Under the pieces are notes generated by a model. The model did not search any database. It worked only from the letters and a program-made list of their open reading frames with translations, and was not told the DNA's origin. A stretch of 64,000 nucleotides of DNA, from NCBI GenBank assembly GCA_903927905.1, contig CAIYOY010000383.1, forward strand, positions 2,080-66,079, written 5' to 3'. Positions 57,403 through 64,000 of this stretch are shown in pieces; position 1 is the first letter of the stretch, and every line of letters starts with the position of its first letter. The DNA is from an uncultured Verrucomicrobiales bacterium. GTDB lineage: Bacteria; Verrucomicrobiota; Verrucomicrobiia; Limisphaerales; Palsa-1400. Made by a program: the position numbers and the translations under genes.

Positions 57403-58408
57403 AGATATTTTTCTCCAAAGCCGCGCGCATGACTTGAATCGGAGCGGCTTGCCCGGACCAAAGCTCCAAAGCTTTCGCGCCTTGGTAAAGCAACATGCCC
57501 AGACCATTGGCCGTTTGGCAGGCGGTTCCGCCACCGGGCAAGGCCGAGGCTTTTTTAGCTTCGGCCAGCAACGGAGTTTCTGCCGGGCGATAAATCATAT
57601 CATACACTCTTTTTGGCTGGCGGGTCTGGAGCCAGGCCAAATCAATCGGCAACGCGTCGCTGGATTTAAGCCCCAACGAGGTGGCGTTGATCACCAGGTC
57701 AACCGGATCATGCGGATAGCCGTATTGCAGATTAACCCCGGAACCGGACAACAAGTTGCGCAACTCGCTTTCCTTTTGTTGATTTTGGAAAACGATTTTT
57801 ATTTGCTGGCCGGATTGTTCGCGACGTATTTCCAAGGCGATCTGAATGGATTTTTCTTCCGTGCGATTGGATAAAAAGAGCAGCCCAACACCTTCCTGAA
57901 CCAGGCGGATGGCGGTGGCCCGGGCAGCGCCGCCAGCCCCAAGCAACAACACCGAGGCACTTTTTAAATCCGGCCATTTAAAAGATTCCTTAAGATCCTG
58001 AATAATGGCATCCGCGTCCGTGTTATAGCCGTGGCTGCGAATTTCCGTGATTTCGTCAGCGGGAACTTTTGCCAACGGAACCCATTGGCCGTTTTTATCG
58101 CGGGTTTCAAAAACGATGGTGTTCACCGCGCCCCACAATTTCGCCCGCGCATCCACCACATCCACCATGTTCAGCGCGAGTAATTTGTGTGGCACGGTCA
58201 GATTCAGCCCGAGGTATTTCATGGCTTTCGCGCCTTCGATGGCGGCGCGCAAATCATTGGGATGCACCTCGAAAGCGACATAGCGCCAATTTAAGTTTAG
58301 AGCGGCGATGCCGGCATTTTGCATCGCGGGGGAGGCGGAATGTTTGATGGGATGGCCGTACACCGCGCAGATGCGCGTGACAGCATTGATTGCAGAACCA
58401 TCCGACAT
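57395..58408 (-). CDS. aroE: Shikimate dehydrogenase
   Basis: HSASPAMQN, NLTVPHK, GAVNT, NTD, GAGGAARA, INATSLG, DMIYRP and GLGMLLYQG. Confidence 0.93.
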   Translation of the reverse strand: MSDGSAINAVTRICAVYGHPIKHSASPAMQNAGIAALNLNWRYVAFEVHPNDLRAAIEGAKAMKYLGLNLTVPHKLLALNMVDVVDARAKLWGAVNTIVFETRDKNGQWVPLAKVPADEITEIRSHGYNTDADAIIQDLKESFKWPDLKSASVLLLGAGGAARATAIRLVQEGVGLLFLSNRTEEKSIQIALEIRREQSGQQIKIVFQNQQKESELRNLLSGSGVNLQYGYPHDPVDLVINATSLGLKSSDALPIDLAWLQTRQPKRVYDMIYRPAETPLLAEAKKASALPGGGTACQTANGLGMLLYQGAKALELWSGQAAPIQVMRAALEKNIYV

Positions 58409-58463
58409 AGGGAGGTTATAGGGCAAGCAGAACCGAAGTTCAAATTGCAAACTTGGCTAATTT

Positions 58464-58490
58464 GGAGCGGGGACGGGCCGTCCCCACTCC
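58464..58490 (-). terminator. GC-rich hairpin directly after the DUF4197 stop (REP-like or terminator)
   Basis: GGAGCGGGGACGGGCCGTCCCCACTCC; no clear U-tract. Confidence 0.45.
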
Positions 58491-59273
58491 TTACTTTAGT
58501 GCACCGAACACCGTTTGCAGCAACTCCGTTGTGCGGGCGGCGGGGCTCGAACGGATTTTCGCTTCTTCCACTGCGACCAGTTTGAAGAGGCTGTCCAGGG
58601 CCTTATCCGTGACGTAACCATCAACGTCCACCGCCTTGTTGTTCAAATATTCGGAGCCCGATTTGAGAAAGCCGCCGAAGGCATCGGAGGAGGTCAGTTG
58701 TTCCGACTTGTTCATCATCGCCTTGTAGGCTTTGGTCACGTGCGCGGCGTCGGTGGCTTTTTTCACGATGGGCAGGAACCTGACAGTCAGGTTGGTGCTG
58801 GTGGTTTTGCGAAAATAGAGGGTGGCGGCGTTGGTCGGGCCGGTCAAAATGCTTTTGGCATCGGCAATGGACATTTGTTTGACGGCATCGGCGAAAACAT
58901 CCACCGCCACCGGCACGGCCTGTTCCGCCGCACGATTCATGGTCAGGACAAATTCATCGGCCATCTTTTCCTGATGCAACGTGCGCAGGGTTTTTTCCAC
59001 TTTTTGCAATTTATCCGGCATGGGGATGCGCAGAGTGGCATTGGTGAAAAACCCGTTGGTCCGGCCCAATTCGCCGACCGCGCTCTTGACGCCGTTGGCC
59101 AGGGCATCCTTCAAGGCGCCCACCATTTGATCCTGGGAAAGCGGAACGGAGGAATCCAGGGTTTTGCCGCCGGTGATTTTGGACAAGCCAAGCTGGTCCA
59201 GCACACTCTGGGCGCGCGCCACGTTCAAGGACAACAGTGCGGCGACCACACAAAAGGAAATAAAACGTTTCAT
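58491..59273 (-). CDS. DUF4197-family exported protein
   Basis: LKDALANG, RIPMP, MNRAAEQA, DAKSIL...AATLYFR, EEAKIR..PAARTTELL..VFG and a signal peptide. Confidence 0.85.
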   Translation of the reverse strand: MKRFISFCVVAALLSLNVARAQSVLDQLGLSKITGGKTLDSSVPLSQDQMVGALKDALANGVKSAVGELGRTNGFFTNATLRIPMPDKLQKVEKTLRTLHQEKMADEFVLTMNRAAEQAVPVAVDVFADAVKQMSIADAKSILTGPTNAATLYFRKTTSTNLTVRFLPIVKKATDAAHVTKAYKAMMNKSEQLTSSDAFGGFLKSGSEYLNNKAVDVDGYVTDKALDSLFKLVAVEEAKIRSSPAARTTELLQTVFGALK

Positions 59274-59327
59274 GCCGCCATTAAGAAGCTTTTCCGCCCG
59301 ATTGGCAATTCAATTTACAGACGGGCG

Positions 59328-60074
59328 CTATTTTTTCACCAGAAATTTTGCCTGGCCCTTGAGCCGTTGCCCGGCGCGAACCAGGGCGCGCTTGACCCCG
59401 CAAAAAAGCCAGAACGAGCCTTCATGATATCGGCGCAGATGCAATATTTTGGGAACGGCTTCGCCCTTGCGCCAAACGTAGGGATATTTCACCAGGCAGG
59501 TGTTGTACTCCGGCGGGAGCGTTCCGATCTTGAGCTCCGTTTCCCAAAGCAATTCGCGCAGGGTGATTTGATCCGGGAAAAATCCGGCCGCATGGTAGTT
59601 TTTGCTCCAGGTTTGGAGCAGTTGGACGACCTCCGGGGTTTGCCGGAAAAGCATCACGCCGCTGCTGAATTCCGGGAAGCTCGGCGGCAGATCCCTTTTC
59701 CATTTTGTTTTCGGCGTGTTCCGGATGCAATCATGGGTCAACGCCAGATCATATTTTTCCAAGAGCGTAAAAACTTCCCGGAGATCCACCACCACTTCGG
59801 TATCGGTATCCAGAAAAAGAGTTTCGGCAAAGGGCGATTGGCTGATGTAATCCACTTTTGACCGCGGATGAGGATTTTCTATCAAAGAGTGGGAGTGGAA
59901 GGGTGAGTCGCCATTGTGCGCAAACAAGCCCAACTCCAAGTCAGAGAATAAATGAACGAGCAAGCCGGGGCAAAGCCGTCGCACCGACCAGGCGGAGCGG
60001 ATCGCCGATCGAATATACTTCTCCCCAGTCGCCACATAAATCACACCCTGGGCAGTGTTTGAGTTAGTTTTCAT
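59328..60074 (-). CDS. GT-A fold glycosyltransferase-like protein
   Basis: GVIYVATG, SPFAETLFLDTDT (DxD), EFSSGVMLF, DQITLR, LPPEYN and KILH. Confidence 0.75.
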   Translation of the reverse strand: MKTNSNTAQGVIYVATGEKYIRSAIRSAWSVRRLCPGLLVHLFSDLELGLFAHNGDSPFHSHSLIENPHPRSKVDYISQSPFAETLFLDTDTEVVVDLREVFTLLEKYDLALTHDCIRNTPKTKWKRDLPPSFPEFSSGVMLFRQTPEVVQLLQTWSKNYHAAGFFPDQITLRELLWETELKIGTLPPEYNTCLVKYPYVWRKGEAVPKILHLRRYHEGSFWLFCGVKRALVRAGQRLKGQAKFLVKK

Positions 60075-60266
60075 ATAACGCACACTCCGAACTCCAAACC
60101 TGAGACGGCCTGTTTGGGCCGCTGGTTACTGACGTTGTTTCTAAAAACAACAGGACAAACAATATTTTAAACTAAAATTTCCGGTGAAAGGCAAAGGTTT
60201 TCGGCCTGAATTTTAAAATTTTCACATCGGCTTGCGGTGCAAGGGCGTAGAGCTTAAATTCAGGTC

Positions 60267-60788
60267 ATGGCCAAGACATTATTGACGTTCGTGGACGATA
60301 TTTACGAAGATTTGGAATTGTGGTACCCGCTGCTCCGTTTGCAGGAAGCGGGTTACGGGATGTGTTTGGCCGCGCCTGAAATCCGCACTTACGCGGGGAA
60401 GCATGGTTATCCGGCGACGAGTGATTTATTGTTGCGCGAGGCGAAGAGTGAAGATTTCTGCGGCCTGCTGATTCCGGGCGGATTCATGCCGGATAAACTG
60501 CGTCGTGATCCCAAAGTTCTTTCCCTCACGCGCGAATTTTTTGAGCAGGGCAAGCTCGTCGCCTTTATCTGTCACGGCGGCTGGATTCCGATCTCGGCGA
60601 AGATTCTCCAGGGCAAGCGAGTTACCGGTTCCCTCGGCATCAAGGATGATTTGGAAAACGCCGGAGGGATTTGGGTGAATGAGCCGGTGGTGGTGGACGG
60701 GAATTTGATCTCCAGCCGCACGCCACGGGACCTCGCTCCGTTTGGCAGGGCGATGGTGGATTTTCTCGAAGGCAAGTTCGCAGCTTAA
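60267..60788 (+). CDS. PfpI/DJ-1 family protein
   Basis: YEDLELWYP, IPGGFMPDKLR, AFICHG and ISSRTPRDL. Confidence 0.92.
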   Translation: MAKTLLTFVDDIYEDLELWYPLLRLQEAGYGMCLAAPEIRTYAGKHGYPATSDLLLREAKSEDFCGLLIPGGFMPDKLRRDPKVLSLTREFFEQGKLVAFICHGGWIPISAKILQGKRVTGSLGIKDDLENAGGIWVNEPVVVDGNLISSRTPRDLAPFGRAMVDFLEGKFAA

Positions 60789-62065
60789 ACTTTTGGCTCC
60801 CAGCCCGCCCGATATTCCCGTTTCCATAACGCATCCGCTTCCGGATCGCCCACGACTTTGCGCGTCGTGGCGTCGAAGTTCAGGGTGTGCCCGGTGCGAT
60901 AGGCGATGTTTGCGAGGTGGCACAGCATCGTGCTCTTCTGGCCTTCTTCGATCGGCGCGTTCGGCTTTTTCCCGCTGCGCACGCAATCAATAAAATTCTG
61001 GAAATGTAGCTTGTCCATCTTCGGACCCGGTACTTCGAGCGCGACTTTATTGTTCGGATCGTAAATTTTGTAGCGATCACCGCCGATGAACATCGTCCCC
61101 TTCTCGCCGTAAAACATCATGCCGAAAGTCTCGTTCTCAAACCCGTGCGGGTCGCAACTGTGCGATTCGAAGGTGGCTCCCTTGTCACCGAAATCATACG
61201 CCGCGATGCAGGTGTCCGGCGTTTCCTGGTCGTCTTGGAAATGATAGCGGCCACCGGTGCAACTGATGCGCTTGGGATAATCCACCTGCAAGCCCCAACG
61301 GATCACGTCCAGGCAATGGATGCCGTTGTTGCCGACTTCGCCATTGCCCCAATGCCAGCGCCAATGCCAGTTGTACGGCACCAAGTTGTTGACATAAGGG
61401 CGTTCGGGCGCGGGTCCCTGCCAGAGGCCGAAATCCAGCGCGGCTGGCACCGGTGTCGCGTGACCGGTCCCGATGGAACCGCGCGTGTTGTTGTACCAGC
61501 AACGGCCAAAATGAACTTTGCCCAGAACGCCACTGTGGATCTTTTCAATCGCTTCCCTGATCCATGGAACGCTGCGGCGTTGCGTGCCAAGCTGGACGAT
61601 GCGATTGTGTTTTTTAGCCGCCGCCACCAGCATTTCGGCTTCGTTCGGGTCATGGCTGCCCGGTTTTTCCACATAGACATGTTTGCCCGCCGAGCACGCC
61701 AAAATCGCCGCCGGCGCATGCCAATGATTCGGCGTGGCGATGGAGACGGCGTCCACCGATTTGTCCTCCAGCATCTGGCGAAAATCGGCCACGCCTTTTG
61801 GGTTATGGCCCTTCTTCTTCGCCGCGTCCACCGCCTTGCTCAGCGCCTGGCTGTCAACATCACAGATATAGGCAATCTCCACGTTGGGCAAGCCGCCGAA
61901 CATGCTGAGATGGGTCATGCCCCGGCTGTTGACCCCGATGACGGCCAGACGGACTTTATTGGCCGCCGACTGGCCATAGGTACGAGAAACTCCTGAGAGC
62001 ATCGCACCGGCACCAACCAAAGCGGTTGTTTGGACAAAACTACGGCGGGAAATCTGATTATTCAT
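60785..62065 (-). CDS. Tat-exported Gfo/Idh/MocA oxidoreductase
   Basis: SRRSFV Tat motif, VDAVSIATPNHWH, GKHVYVEKP, LWQGPAP and HCLDV. Confidence 0.92.
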   Translation of the reverse strand: MNNQISRRSFVQTTALVGAGAMLSGVSRTYGQSAANKVRLAVIGVNSRGMTHLSMFGGLPNVEIAYICDVDSQALSKAVDAAKKKGHNPKGVADFRQMLEDKSVDAVSIATPNHWHAPAAILACSAGKHVYVEKPGSHDPNEAEMLVAAAKKHNRIVQLGTQRRSVPWIREAIEKIHSGVLGKVHFGRCWYNNTRGSIGTGHATPVPAALDFGLWQGPAPERPYVNNLVPYNWHWRWHWGNGEVGNNGIHCLDVIRWGLQVDYPKRISCTGGRYHFQDDQETPDTCIAAYDFGDKGATFESHSCDPHGFENETFGMMFYGEKGTMFIGGDRYKIYDPNNKVALEVPGPKMDKLHFQNFIDCVRSGKKPNAPIEEGQKSTMLCHLANIAYRTGHTLNFDATTRKVVGDPEADALWKREYRAGWEPKV

Positions 62066-62068
62066 GGG

Positions 62069-62102
62069 TAAAAGAATAGCGGCGGCTTTGGGCCGCCGCT
62101 AT
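62069..62102 (-). terminator. Rho-independent terminator-like hairpin after the DUF6600 gene
   Basis: On the minus strand: ATAGCGGCGGC-CCAAA-GCCGCCGCTAT followed by TCTTTT. Confidence 0.65.
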
Positions 62103-62120
62103 CCATAATTTTAGATTAAT

Positions 62121-63773
62121 TTATCTGGGTTTGTCCGAGCCGGACCGGGAGGAGGATGCAGGCGCGGAATAAGACCGCCCGGCATTTTCGCGACCGACAC
62201 TTGGAGCCGCGCTTTGATGCGGGGAGCTCATCGGGCTGGCGGTGGAATTATGGGAAACGGATGGAACGGACTCCGAATTGCCCGACCAGCCGCGCGGCTG
62301 ATAAGCGGGATGTTCCACTCCATGACGGGCGCTGGGAGATGGCTCGGTGGCACGGCTCTGACTTACAGTTGGTTCAATCCGGGAGGTGGAATGATTTATC
62401 GGCGCGGCTGGAGCACCGACCGGGGCGTCATGATGAACCACGACGTTGCGCGAGGGTTGGGTGGTTTCGGTTCGCGTGCTGGCCGACGCCGGATTACCCC
62501 GGTTGACCTGGGTGGAGCGTTCGGTCGTGACCGAAGTTGCAACGCTGGAGCGTTGGGTGTTATTAACCCGTTCATTCACCGTGGCCCGGGCGGGCGGAGT
62601 GGAGCGATTGATGATCACCGGCGCCGGATGTTGCCGCACCACCGCGACGTGCGAGGCCATCACCTCATGCGTCGGGCGGAACACGGTCAAACCGCCATTA
62701 TTTGCGGTGGCATGATTCACCCGGCCTGGACCGACCGTGGTGGTTTCATGAATGACGACGCGCGGCACTTCCTTGTGCGAAACCGCCACGACGCGATCGC
62801 GGCCAAAGCCCTCATTGACCACCGTTTTATTGACAATGGTGTAGTTGTTGATCACCGTGGTGCGGTTGTAAACATTGACCGCTTCGCGGCGCGGCACATA
62901 GTAACGATGGACATCGCGATCGCAGAAATGATCGAAACCGACAAAAGTGAACCAGCCGAGGTTGAGGCCGAAATCAAAATTCGCGCTGACCCGGCCATTG
63001 TGCCAAAATAGCCCGACGCCCGTTTCAAAACGCGCGCCCGGCGGCAAGGGGGCCCAGCCGCAATGGGTGTCGTTCTGGCGCCAGCAAACCCAGGACGGAC
63101 CCCAGACGGAATCCGGCGCCCAAACCCATCCGTAACGACCATGGTTAAACCAGCGGCCATAGTGGAAGGCGGCCCAGCCCCAAGTATAGTCCGATTGCCA
63201 AAACCAGCCGGCATCGGTGTAAACCCAGTGGCCGCGATCGCTGTAAGGACGCCACTCGTGATTGACCGCCACCACGGCTGGTTGCCAGCAGCGGCCATAT
63301 TCCGGGATTTCCACCCAGCTGCCGTAAGGCGACAGTTGCTCTTCAAAGTAAGCGGTTGTGACTGTTTCCGTTGGGGGTGCGGTCACCACTTGCACCGGAG
63401 GAGGCGTGACCGGAGCCGGTGCGGGCGGCGGCACGGTGCTGGGGGTCGGGCTTTGTAACAGGGCGGTGATCACGGCATCAGAGACACCGAGGTCTTTGAG
63501 ATAAAGAATTTCATCGGCCGTTGGGACGGTGGCTTCGCCGGAATTTTTGAGGTAAGCGAGAATAACATCGTCGCCCACGTTGGCTTCGGCGAGTTTGACC
63601 ACCTGGGCCAGACCGGGGGACAGATCGGAAGGCATGACTGGACTCCCGGCGGCCACGGCGGGAGGGGGTGGGGCGGCGTCTGTTCCGGGCTGGGCCATGG
63701 CCTGGCCGGAGAGCAGAGTTAATCCAGAAGCAGCTATCAACCACATTGAACCTGCGAACATATAGGCTTTCAT
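62121..63773 (-). CDS. DUF6600-like exported protein (Trp/Gly-rich repeats, disordered tail)
   Basis: Signal peptide, small helical domain, LSPYGSWV, WRPY..GHW, WGWAAFHYGRW, WGPSWVCWR, GWAPLPP and a Ser/Pro/Arg-rich tail. Confidence 0.8.
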   Translation of the reverse strand: MKAYMFAGSMWLIAASGLTLLSGQAMAQPGTDAAPPPPAVAAGSPVMPSDLSPGLAQVVKLAEANVGDDVILAYLKNSGEATVPTADEILYLKDLGVSDAVITALLQSPTPSTVPPPAPAPVTPPPVQVVTAPPTETVTTAYFEEQLSPYGSWVEIPEYGRCWQPAVVAVNHEWRPYSDRGHWVYTDAGWFWQSDYTWGWAAFHYGRWFNHGRYGWVWAPDSVWGPSWVCWRQNDTHCGWAPLPPGARFETGVGLFWHNGRVSANFDFGLNLGWFTFVGFDHFCDRDVHRYYVPRREAVNVYNRTTVINNYTIVNKTVVNEGFGRDRVVAVSHKEVPRVVIHETTTVGPGRVNHATANNGGLTVFRPTHEVMASHVAVVRQHPAPVIINRSTPPARATVNERVNNTQRSSVATSVTTERSTQVNRGNPASASTRTETTQPSRNVVVHHDAPVGAPAAPINHSTSRIEPTVSQSRATEPSPSARHGVEHPAYQPRGWSGNSESVPSVSHNSTASPMSSPHQSAAPSVGRENAGRSYSAPASSSRSGSDKPR

Positions 63774-64000
63774 ACTTCAATTTAATCCGCCATCGGTCAG
63801 GCCACAAGTTTATCCCAACTCTTCGTTGGTTCACCACTCCGGCTCAAGACTCTAAGCGGTTAAGAGCAGGACGCTGGGGTTTGGGGGTTATTCAAAAGGG
63901 GTGGTCACGGCGTTTGTAGTCGCTTGACAAAAGGAATTGTAAGTGCCACAGCCTCAACCGCTACAAAATGTATTGCGTGATGGCCCCGGGTGATTCAAAA

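Noticed and set aside
63860-64000. Possible ncRNA or promoter at the window end
   Set aside because: A TTGACA and a weak inverted repeat are present, but the downstream context is outside the window.

Overview
GC-rich bacterial chromosome segment. The gene content (PVC-type CxxCH heme protein, H-X9-DG prepilin-like proteins, LpxI, repeat-tailed TopB) points to Verrucomicrobiota, probably Pedosphaera-like; this is an inference. Housekeeping genes include uppP, topB, mnmE, mlaEFD-like, lpxI, PPi-type pfk, kdsD, aroC, aroE and pilD. There is also a ~13 kb cluster of histidine kinases, three large secreted proteins and three toxin-antitoxin-like pairs. A small AT-richer decayed restriction island lies between topB and mnmE. 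The main leads are: (1) a CarS-like SH3-fold ORF translationally coupled to an HTH/PD-(D/E)xK nuclease whose Dam-type methylase is truncated; (2) a shared C-terminal domain ending FY[QR]L[KR]xx on three unrelated secreted proteins, alongside a strong Thr-Asn bias in exported proteins; (3) two long intergenic palindromes sharing the core TGTAAC-N4-GTTACA; (4) many REP/MITE-like and 7-bp periodic repeats, two of them translated in-frame inside genes. I recognised no tRNA, rRNA, CRISPR array, integrase or transposase. All family calls come from motif recognition, not database searches.
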